A stretch of DNA of 64,000 nt from Eledone cirrhosa (Eukaryota): assembly GCA_964016885.1 (NCBI GenBank), contig OZ024742.1, positions 378,324,001-378,388,000 of the forward strand, written 5' to 3'. A program made the translations under genes and the position numbers. Under the pieces are notes generated by a model. The model made no database searches, had not been told where the DNA came from, and saw only the letters and a list, made by a program, of their open reading frames with translations. The number at the start of each line of letters is the position of its first letter. Position 1 is the stretch's first letter. Of this stretch, positions 1 through 10,235 are shown piece by piece.

Positions 1-38
<38 letters not shown>
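1..38. repeat. (TA)n microsatellite
   Basis: Perfect TA run at window start. Confidence 0.95.
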
Positions 39-39
<1 letters not shown>

Positions 40-344
40 TGAAATATATATATCATATTTCATCTTTAGTATAATAAATCACTATAATATATTGAGAAAT
101 GACAGCAAAAACAATTTCAATATATTTCAACAAAGAAAAGCAATGACTTTTAAAATGTTCAATATGAGTTCTGTCAAATAAAACACACACAAATGACTTT
201 TTAAAATGGATTAGTAGCTAATAAGACGCCAATGCAATATTAAGATAATTCCTATTTAAATATTATTTACCTACTTTTATATTCCCTGTTTGTTTTCAGA
301 GATTTCTTCATCTGATTTTCTCAATTCTACACATTATATCAAAA

Positions 345-537
345 GGGCGATGGATTGGCAGTATTGGTAGAGGGTCGGACGCATTGCTTTGCACCAGAGA
401 GTAACGGCCCTTTATGGTCTGAGTTCAAATCCCGCCGAGGTTAACTTTGCCATTCATCCTTACGGGGTCGATAAAATAAGTAATGCACCAGTAATGCACT
501 GGGTAATTGTTGGCTTTGTGCCGAAAGTAGAAACACA
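345..537 (+). mobile_element. tRNA-derived SINE copy
   Basis: A-box-like TGGCAGTATTGG and B-box GAGTTCAAATCC, followed by the body GCC(T/A)TTCATCCTTACGGGGTCGATAAAATAAG. The same sequence recurs 6 more times in the window. Confidence 0.85.
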
Positions 538-663
538 TTATATCAAAAATTAAATTCATCTTAAATTGACAACAGAAACAAACAAAACTATAGAAAACAT
601 AATTGTTAGCGCAGACTATTTCGACATTGGTAACAAAGTTAACATTTTAAATTCAGCTCGTTA

Positions 664-674
664 ATCATCACCAC

Positions 675-731
<57 letters not shown>

Positions 732-761
732 CATCATCATCATCATATATCATCATCATAT

Positions 762-793
<32 letters not shown>

Positions 794-842
794 ATATCAT
801 CTTCATCATATATCATCATCATCATCATCATCATCATCATCG

Positions 843-882
<40 letters not shown>

Positions 883-913
883 ATATCATCTTCATCATAT
901 ATCATCATCATAT

Positions 914-989
<76 letters not shown>

Positions 990-1115
990 GCAGCATCAAT
1001 AGCATCAGCAGCAGCATCAACAGAAGCAGCAATATCAGCAACACCAGCATCATCATCAGCAGCAGCAGCAGTAGCATTAGCATCATCACCAGCAACAGCA
1101 ACAGCAGTAACATTA
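664..1115. repeat. (CAT)n grading into (CAG)/(CAA) compound microsatellite
   Basis: Direct reading; it explains the spurious poly-M/L/D/A ORFs. Confidence 0.95.
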
Positions 1116-1461
1116 GTTTCTTCGAGAGTATTTAGAAAGAAATATTCATATTTTCCTTTCTTAAATATGGTGGATGGGCTGGACAAAACATCGTAACATC
1201 ATTTACTACCCTGCCTTTATGTCCAGAGTTCAAATGCAGCCCTACTTAGTGTTGCCTTTTGAGGGCATAAGCGACAGACAACACGTGTAAAATATATTCA
1301 ACACCAGCCAATATAAAATTGAAACCTTGAAAAGCAATACCGGTTAGTGCAAAACTTAATCAAATAATCACTATTTCAGCAAACTCATCCATATTAAAGA
1401 ACAAATTATAATTTAGTTTCTATGAACTGATTTCCTTTCGTTCTGTACTGTAACTTTGCAT

Positions 1462-3180
1462 AACAGCCCCCACTTATGCCAACCTAGTCATGGGATACCT
1501 GGAAATCACCCTCTACACTAAAGTACTAAACAAATTTGGAAACACTATCCACCTACACATATAAAGGAACTGGAAGCGATATCTAGACGACTGCTTCATC
1601 CTTTGGTACGAAAACATCGAGAAACTTAAAGAATTTCACACCCTTATAAATGGGCTCAACACGAATATTAACTTCACGATGGAATACAGCCATCAACAAC
1701 TCCCCTTCCTCGACATCCTCATTAAGATCCATAACAAAAAAATAGAAACAGACATATACTACAAGCCCACAGACTCCAAGCAATATCTTCCTTTCAACTC
1801 TTGCCACCCTAGACACGTTAAAATTAATATTCCTTACAACTTAGCCAAGAGAATCTGTACTACAGTCTCCAATAAAAACACCTGCTACTTACGGCTACAA
1901 GAACTAAAGGACACACTCATAGGCAGGGACTACCCTGCATCACTAATTTACAATGGAATCCAACGTGCCCTAAAACTCAGTACCCAGGACCTTAGACACC
2001 CTAAAGTAAATCAACCGAAACTAAAAGCTCTTCCATACATCGCCACACCCAACCCCCTCAACAATGAGGCCTTTGACACCATCCTCCAGAACATCCCTGT
2101 GTTGAAAAAGGACCATAGAATGAACCAAATCCTACGAACACACGATATCATAAAGAGCAAAAGACAATCTAAGTCAATGAAAAACATCCTAACACATGCC
2201 AAAGTACTGCCAACCACAACAACGAAACCCACAGTAAAAAAATGCGATAGACCCAACTGTGGCATATGCATCAACCTAATAGAGGGTTCGGAATTCTATT
2301 TCAAAGAAGGACAACGTTTTATAGTAAAACACAATTTCACATGCGCATCAGAAAATCTAATATATGTATTAACTTGCTCAGATTGTCGAGAACAATACAT
2401 AGGCCAGACCAAAAACAACCTCCGCCAACGCATGACTGTCCATAGATCCCAAATTAAAATACGGGAATACAGGAAAATACCACTGAGTGAACACATTGAT
2501 ACCTGTGCCGCCCAAAATCATCCCAACTTCAGAATCTTTCCCCTCTACAAATATAATGCCAGCCACACCCAGCGCATCAGCAAGGAATCTCACTTTATTA
2601 ACAAATACGGACCCCGTCTAAACACTTCTCCCTAAAACGAACCCACAACATACACACGTCAACATACATACCTACATCAGCATACATCTCTATCCACATA
2701 TAAACACAATGACATACGTAAACACACATGTTCTATGGTGCAACACAAATATACACAAATTTGCATACCTTTTGATGTCTATAGATATAAACGTGCCGAC
2801 ACACACACATACATATACGCACACATGCATTGCACACTGATGGGCACATACATATTTGTACACAAGTATTCCAATACGGCAAGGCCTAATGGATTCCCCT
2901 TGCAGTAGTACAATCTGGACACTCACACACACCTTGGTATTATGCCAATACTATCTATCACTTCACACCTTTTATTATTAAGGTTTTTGATGTTCTATTG
3001 AGAGAATCGTTTTTACTGAAAATATCGAATAATATACACCATTTTTACCAGTATCACAAAAATACTAGTCCACACACACACACATTCTCTCCACACACAC
3101 ACACACATATATATATATATACACACACACACACATATATACACACACACATACACACGCGTTCACTAACATACAAAGAG

Positions 3181-3212
<32 letters not shown>

Positions 3213-3462
3213 TTCTCCGTATAAGACAAGAGCTGAAAAATATCTTTTAAAATGTTAAAATATCGCCCACACACGTACAGACACATTCCTACTGACCATC
3301 CCTCTACCACGAATTACTCTGCTACACACACACACACATACTTGTCTTAATAGGCATTTGAACTGTCAACAGGCTGCGGTTCGCACACACATCCCTGCTG
3401 ACCATTATCTCAACAACGAACCTCTTTACTACTACTACACACCCACACACACACATATTTGT
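1462..3462 (+). mobile_element. 5'-truncated Penelope-like retroelement, copy A (RT C-terminus + GIY-YIG + CA-rich 3' region)
   Basis: Collinear with the reverse complement of about 7630-9061 (copy B), starting at AACAGCCCCCACTTATGCC. The shared 3' region ends at ACACATATTTGT. Confidence 0.9.
1463..2635 (+). pseudogene. Penelope-like RT (motifs APTYANL, WKRYLDDCF) / thumb / Cys linker / GIY-YIG endonuclease, with in-frame TAA at 1562-1564
   Basis: ORF 1679-2635 has LPFLDI, YYKPTD, SCHP, KCDRPNCGIC and NLIYVLTC..C...YIGQT...LRQRM..H...E..FI....P.LN. The frame extends upstream to 1463 through one stop (GAA in copy B). Confidence 0.9.
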
Positions 3463-3590
3463 CTTGAACACATTTTTTGAATAAGTATATTTACTGGGTG
3501 ACAAATTGTTTCGGAATCCGAAAGATTAATTTGCACATGGAGTAAATGGTTACCGATCCTAAAATCCTCTTTGATTAGTTGGCTTACTTA

Positions 3591-3636
<46 letters not shown>

Positions 3637-3707
3637 AAGGTTAAACAAGGTTCAATGAATAAATCAAAGAATGAGTTTTACAATAGATTGGAAGCACTCA
3701 ACAAGTA

Positions 3708-4335
3708 AACAGGTTTGTTCAAATATATAGAGAGAGTATTATAGGTATTAATGAAACGATATACATATAATAAATACATAATTACAATCATTATTAGTAA
3801 TGTTATAATTGTAGTTTTACCTCCAGTTCAGTGGAAAGAAACACCAATATTTGTCGACTAGTATGATTTGTGATATTTATACCTAGATATATATATATAT
3901 AAATATATATGTACAAATCTAACTTTCTGAATCCCAAAACATACTCAAAATGAGTAAAATATATAAATGCATGAATGATTTACGGTTAAATTATAACCGG
4001 TAATCTTACAAGTTATATATCCAAATTATATATTTAAAACAAATACAAGTATATAAGGATCCCAATCTAACTTGTATTTGTTTTAAATTTATAATTTGGA
4101 TATATAACTTGTAAGATTTGAGATTCAGAAAGTTAGATTTGTACATTTTTACATTTTTAGATATATTTAGGTATAAATATCACAAATCATACTAGTCGAC
4201 AAATATTGGTCTTTCTTTCCACTGAACTGGAGGTAAAACTACAATTATAACATTACTAATAATGATTGTAATTATGTATTTATTATCACTAATACCTATA
4301 ATACTCTCTCTATATATTTGAACAAATCTGTTTAT
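3708..4335. repeat. Nested long inverted repeat (arms about 3710-3938 / 4115-4333, inner arms about 4003-4050 / 4070-4117)
   Basis: e.g. TTGTAGTTTTACCTCCAGTTCAGTGGAAAGAAA vs TTTCTTTCCACTGAACTGGAGGTAAAACTACAA. Confidence 0.85.
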
Positions 4336-5207
4336 CTAGTATAATAACATGCTCCTAGTTACTTTTATAAGTAATTTGGATACTCAAATGACTCTCTATT
4401 GTTATAATTGTTAGATATTTCCTTAATGTTCTAAATTATATAACGATTATTACTTAATTTAATTTAATTTATTTTAATTAAATTCGTGTTACATTCGGGT
4501 CATTCAAATCCTTAGCTCCTCTTTCTATCATCTTCGTAGATACTTTAGAAGTGTTGTTAGTCTACTATATAAATCTTTTAAAAAACCCTCTAACATTTTA
4601 AACTATATATTTTTTAATATTGGGCACTTTTATGTTCGCAAACAATTCATTATTTTTACTTTTTTCACTTGTTATTTTGTATCTGGTCCTTATCCTTAGG
4701 ACTCATGAAGTTTTGACTTCTATATTTATAGTATATATCTATTAAATGATCCTATTACAATAATTGATCTAAAACATTAAATTTAACAATATTTCCAGTA
4801 ACTTATTTATTGTTTGGTATTATGTCTATTTGAGAGATATCATCTTAGGTCTTTAGACAATATAATCTTTGTGTATTTTTTGTTATAAACGCACATATGT
4901 AATTTAATAATCAGACTTTTTTAAGTTTAATTAGGCCTGTTGATCCTTTAGGCATTCAAATGGTTAATCATAAAATTCTGTAAAAATTACAACTGTAATT
5001 ATTTTCTAAATTATATTAATAATTTAATATTATATAATAAATTTGGTAAAGTTTACCTTCGTGAGGTTGTAAAAACATTATGTTTTCTTTCTCGTGTTTG
5101 TAATTCCTTTAAATTTGATTTCATAAAATTTGTTTTTAGAAATTAAATATGATAGTATATTTTAATATTAATACAGATATTTATTAACTTTTATAACCTA
5201 AAATATT

Positions 5208-5390
5208 ATGATTGGCAGTATCGGTAGAGGGTCAGACGCCATGCTTTCCAGCATAGTTACGTCCCTTTACGATCTGAGTTCAAATCCCGCCGAGGTTGAC
5301 TTTGCCTTTCATCCTTACGGGGTCGATAAAATAAAAGTACCAGTAATGCACTAGGTAATTGCTGGCCTTGTGCCTAAAGTAGAAACAATT
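5208..5390 (+). mobile_element. tRNA-derived SINE copy
   Basis: Same family as 345-537. Confidence 0.85.
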
Positions 5391-5978
5391 ACTCTGAACT
5401 AACTTAAATTAAATGTTTTGAATGTTAACGGTCAACCAGATATGTTTGGATATATATTGTATATATAGATAGTTGTCTAAGGACTTGATATTAACCTTCA
5501 TATGAATAAACACAATTATATTTAAAATTCCGATTGATGAATACTTTTAGATATTTCAATAATTCAATAAATTGAGTTTTTTCTTCCTTTTTCCTAAAGC
5601 TAAGCCCAAATATTGTTTTAATTTAATATCTCCCTATAATATTACATTGTATAAGTTATTCCTCTTTATCTCTCTCTCTGTAATCAACTCTCTTTTGTTT
5701 TCTAGGCTCCTACTAGCAATATTATCCCCTCATATGTTTCTTCCTCTATGCCTTTCTTTTCTTTCCTCCTTCTTCAGTAATTTAAATTATTTGACAGTTA
5801 TATTGCTACCATGTATTTTTAAAACTTTCTCACACGTACCCTCTCTATTGTATGTATTATGTGTTTTTCTCATGTTTTCAATATTAAGGTATATAAATAT
5901 TGGATTTTGTCATATATTACTCACTACCATGACTGAATCTTAACTATCTACTATGTCAGGGTATGTCATGCATCATCT

Positions 5979-6045
5979 TATTTTATCTGATGAGGACGTA
6001 CTGTTGAAGTTAACTCAGTACCTCTGAAATATGTATAATAAAATA
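5979..6045 (+). ncRNA. Type I minimal hammerhead ribozyme motif
   Basis: Stem I TATTTTAT/ATAAAATA, core CTGATGA (5987-5993), stem II containing GTACTG/CAGTAC, GAAA (6026-6029), short stem III ATAtgTAT, cleavage triplet AUA. Confidence 0.7.
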
Positions 6046-6098
6046 TACTTGATCACAAGAATATCTATTTTGTTAATATTTTGAATTAATATATATAT

Positions 6099-6202
6099 AT
6101 ATTTTATTATACATATTTCAGAGGTGCTGAGTTAACTTCAACAGTACGTCCTCATCTGATAAAATAAGATGATGCATGACATACCCTGACATAGTAGATA
6201 GA
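6099..6202 (-). repeat. Inverted copy of the 5946-6046 hammerhead-bearing repeat (core mutated to CAGATGA)
   Basis: Reverse complement of 5946-6046 with few mismatches. Confidence 0.85.
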
Positions 6203-6801
6203 TTTGTATTTATCTCTAGAGTCTAGCTATTGGCCAGTTAATTTTATCGATTTTGGGGGGTTGATTCTATTGACTGATGAATAGCTTTGTTATATTTAAC
6301 CATTCTGTCGAGAGCTTTATTCGATTTCTGATATTTTGCATTTTCGCAATATTATACACAACTGAATTCATTCGCCTAATATAGGTGTTGCCTCCCTTGC
6401 TGAACTCCACGTGGGGTCAGTAATAGTCACACGTATGTATAGCATTGAGCAGAAACCTGTTGACAAAGTGGCTTCCTTGTTCAGTCATCTTACCAGAAGC
6501 CTAACATTATTTATGTAAGCGGACAGTAATTGACTTATGGAGCCGCAGAAACCCAAATACTGGATTTTACCATCTCTCCAGGGGTCCGGGTAAATTTTCA
6601 ATCACATATATTTTTATTTGTTTGACCCGAATTACTTGATCGTTTTTTTTTGGCTGTGCGGATGATTAGTTTAACCACCATCTCAGTGTGTTTGGCCTTT
6701 AACGTATGTTGTAGCTCTGATTCATATGAATTATCGAGCGCTTGCCACACAACTCGGAAGTGTTTTTCGTTAATTCCTGAGCTGAAATTCGATTCTCGGT
6801 A

Positions 6802-6833
<32 letters not shown>

Positions 6834-6838
<5 letters not shown>

Positions 6839-7027
6839 AACCAGTAAGACCCCGACAGCTGAGCTCAAGCCGTTTCGACGGCTAATTCTGGACCAGAATT
6901 AGCCGTCGAAACGGCTTGAGCTCAGCTGTCGGGGTCTTACTGGTTCCTATTACCCACTCTACTACCTCAAGTATTGAGTACTTTGGTGCGTTATAGTCCA
7001 CCTGGTTCCTTACCACATTTCCTTCGT

Positions 7028-7028
<1 letters not shown>
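6834..7028. mobile_element. Short fold-back element in a (TA)n tract: perfect 117-bp palindrome (6834-6950) plus unpaired tail
   Basis: 58-bp arms with a single central A at 6892; flanked on both sides by (TA)n. Confidence 0.75.
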
Positions 7029-7285
<257 letters not shown>

Positions 7286-7402
7286 TAAACGGAATAGAAA
7301 ATGCTGACAAATTGTTCACAGTTGAAAAATCGTTTAATTAGGAATAAAAGAGTATTAGTGATTGTATGGGTTAGTATTCAGTTGTGGTTTTAAGTTTTTA
7401 GG

Positions 7403-7441
7403 TTTTTACCGGTTGCGCATTTCTAAATGCTTTTCAAAAAT
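7403..7441 (-). ncRNA. Variant hammerhead-like motif in 3' pLTR
   Basis: Minus strand ttt-TTGAAAA-GCATT taga AATGC-GCAA-CCGG-TA-aaa has hammerhead topology with a U3/A8 swap and GCAA for GAAA. Copies at 11665-11702(-), 12210-12251(+), 17529-17564(-). Confidence 0.5.
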
Positions 7442-7643
7442 AATTTTGAGATAGAGTGTCTGTGCTGTTTGCTCTGATCTGATTAGTTTTGGGAATTCTA
7501 CCTGTTTTTATGTTAAAAAAGTGGCTCCAGCAAAAATTATTGTGGTCAAAACAATTTTGATTGGTCGGTAGAGGTCATGTGAATAAAAAATTGGTTTTGC
7601 GCCAAGATTGAGAAATGACTCTTTCACAACAAATATGTGTGTG

Positions 7644-7712
<69 letters not shown>

Positions 7713-7781
7713 TAGTAGTAGTAAGGTGTTCGATGTTGTGATAATGGTTAGCAGCGATGTGTGTCAAATGGCTATTAAGAT

Positions 7782-7846
<65 letters not shown>

Positions 7847-8220
7847 GCAGAGTAATTTGTGGTAGCAGGGATGGTCAGTAAGAATGTGTCTGAAAGCAAT
7901 GGGGGGTATTTTAGCATTTCAAAAGATATTTTTCAGCTTTTGTCTTATACGGAAAAGTGCGTGTGTGTGTGTGTGTGTGTGTGTATATAAGTCTCTTTGT
8001 ATGTTGATGTACGCGTGTGTATGTGTGTGTGTATATATATGTGTGTGTGTATGTGTGTGTGTGTTTGTGTGTGGGTGGACCAGTATTTTTTCCCCCTGGT
8101 AAAATGGTGTACATTATTCGATTTTTTCAGTAAAATCGGTTCTCTTAATAGAACATCAAAAATCTTAACAAAAAAAGGTGTGAAATGATATTCACTATAT
8201 ATATATACACACACATATAT

Positions 8221-8258
<38 letters not shown>

Positions 8259-8394
8259 CACATATATGCACATATATTTTTTTGTGTTGCACCATAGAGC
8301 ATGTATGTTTACGTATGTCATTGTGTTTATATGTGGGTAGAGATGTGTGCTGATGTAGGTATGTATGTTGACGTGTGTATGTTGTGGGTTCGTC

Positions 8395-8722
8395 TTAGGG
8401 AGAAGTGTTTAGACGGGGTCCGTATTTGTTAATGAAGTAAGATTCCTTGCTGATGCGCTGGGTGTGGGTGAAATTATCTTTAAATTTGTAGAGGGGAAAG
8501 ATTCTGAAGTTGGGATGATTTTGGGCGGCACAGGTATCAATGTGTTCACTCAGTGGTATTTTCCTGTATTCCCGTATTTTGATTTGGGATCTATGGACAG
8601 TCATGCGTTGGCGGAGGCTGCTTTTGGTCTGGCCTATGTATTGTTCTCGACAACCTGAACAAGTTAATACATATATTAGATTTTCCGATGCACATGTGAA
8701 ATTGTGTTTTACTATAAAACGT
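8395..8722 (-). pseudogene. GIY-YIG endonuclease portion of copy B, separated from RT by an internal deletion
   Basis: MTVHRSQIKIREYRKIPLSEH...ESYFINKYGPRLNTSP is near-identical to the C-terminus of copy A. Confidence 0.88.
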
Positions 8723-10235
8723 ATATTATACGTATATTAAACGTTTTACTATAAAACGTATAGTATATGTCTGTTTCTATTTTTTTGTTATGGATCTTAA
8801 TGAGGATGTCGAGGAAGGGGAGTTGTTGATGGCTGTATTCCATCGTGAAGTTAATATTTGTGTTGAACCCATTTATAAGGGTGTGAAATTCTTTAAGTTT
8901 TTCGATGTTTTTGTGCCAAAGGATGAAGCAGTCATCTAGATATTGCTTCCAGTTCCTTTCAATGTGTAAGTGGAGGGTGTTTCCAAATTTGTTTAGGACT
9001 TTAGTGTAGAGGGTGATTTCCAGGTATCCCATGACTAGGTTGGCATAAGTGGGGGCTGTTTTCGTTCCCATAGCGGTCCCAGATTTCTGCCTGTAGGGTT
9101 TGTTATTGAAAACGAAGTAATTGTTCTCCAAGATAAATTTGACTCCCTCTATCACGAATTCTTTTTTGATGCGTTGTGGGAGTTCATTGTGGAAATTATC
9201 CAGCCAGAATTGGATAGCTTCTATTCCTAGGTTGTGGGGGATGTTGGAGTATAGGTTGACTATATCGAACGTCACTAGTAGGGTTTGTTCAGAAAGTGGC
9301 ATATTAGGGAGGTGATTGAGCATATCTAGGTCGTCCCTTATATAGCTTTTGATGTGCTTGAGGAAGGGTTTGAGAAGGGTATCAATGAAGTTGCTAAGAC
9401 GGTGCGTTTCGCAAGCGGGGCCTGCTATTATAGGTCTTAATTTGAGATCATTGGGTGAGGGGACATTGATGACTATGTCTGTGGCTTCCTTGCATGCCTT
9501 ACTTATTGGTTCGCTTTTATGTACTTTAGGGATACCGTAGAAAAGGCTGGATTTACTTGTGAAGTCTGTGATGAAGCTGAATTCCTTGTTAGTGAGTCCT
9601 TCTTTGTATTGGTTGATTAGAGTTTTTAGGTTTCTCATAATTTTCTGTTGATTGTAGTGTTCAGCCTTTTCGTAGTATGTTTCGTTTTCCAAAGTGGAGA
9701 GCGCTAAGTTGATATAGAATTCTGTCTCCATTAGGACTACTGTACTCCCTTTATCAGCCTCTTTAATTGTAATGGTTCTCTCGGTATTTAATCTATTTAA
9801 TTCTTCCCATTCTTTCTTGTTGAGGTTTGGCTTGTGTTTTTGTCTGTGCAAGTGTTGGTAAGGGAAGTTTGTGATGTGTTCACAGAATTCGTCCAGGATT
9901 TTATTTCTACCTTTTGAAGGGGTGTAATTGCTTCTATTTCTGGCAAATGATTCATCTTCATTGTACTGGTCGAATAGTTGTTCACTAAGTCGTAACTTTC
10001 TACAGAAGTCTGTGATGTCTTCCTTCATTTCATAGTAGTTAGGACGTAGTGGGGTCGGTGTGAATTTAAGACCTTTGGAGAGTAAGTTGATAAGGTTGGG
10101 TGTTGGTTCTGCACTAGTAAGATTGATAATTTTTATTACTATCGGTTTCTCCTCCCTGTCTTGTGTTATTTTGTTTGCCTGTATCTGTGTGCTGTGTCTA
10201 AAAAATGGTTGGGGTAGAGGGGTTGTCTGCTGATG
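8712..10235 (-). CDS. Penelope-like reverse transcriptase (ORF2), truncated after ETDIYY by a deletion
   Basis: Motifs IINLT...LLSKGLKFTPTP (upstream of the first ATG at 10028), IKEADKG, YGIPKVHK, LRPII, TFDIVNLYSNIP, GTAMGT..APTYANL, YLDDCF, LPFLD. Frame is open from 10235. Confidence 0.92.
   Translation of the reverse strand, partial: HQQTTPLPQPFFRHSTQIQANKITQDREEKPIVIKIINLTSAEPTPNLINLLSKGLKFTPTPLRPNYYEMKEDITDFCRKLRLSEQLFDQYNEDESFARNRSNYTPSKGRNKILDEFCEHITNFPYQHLHRQKHKPNLNKKEWEELNRLNTERTITIKEADKGSTVVLMETEFYINLALSTLENETYYEKAEHYNQQKIMRNLKTLINQYKEGLTNKEFSFITDFTSKSSLFYGIPKVHKSEPISKACKEATDIVINVPSPNDLKLRPIIAGPACETHRLSNFIDTLLKPFLKHIKSYIRDDLDMLNHLPNMPLSEQTLLVTFDIVNLYSNIPHNLGIEAIQFWLDNFHNELPQRIKKEFVIEGVKFILENNYFVFNNKPYRQKSGTAMGTKTAPTYANLVMGYLEITLYTKVLNKFGNTLHLHIERNWKQYLDDCFILWHKNIEKLKEFHTLINGFNTNINFTMEYSHQQLPFLDILIKIHNKKIETDIYYTFYSKTFNIRIIYVL

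Noticed and set aside
345-440. tRNA gene
   Set aside because: A/B boxes are present, but there is no cloverleaf and the sequence continues into a repeated SINE body
895-1186. Poly-L/M/D/A ORFs, and similar poly-E/R/S/K/YI/HT/CV ORFs elsewhere
   Set aside because: Translations of microsatellites
1679-2635. Bacterial or organellar group II intron / homing endonuclease gene
   Set aside because: RT motifs, C-terminal GIY-YIG and pLTRs are of Penelope type in an animal repeat context
3496-3522. Half-hammerhead (minus strand GAAACAATTTGTC) with small palindrome TTTCGGAATCCGAAA
   Set aside because: No CUGANGA half; too short to support
5572-5943. 123-aa hydrophobic ORF
   Set aside because: T/C-rich low-complexity sequence with a non-ATG start and no motif
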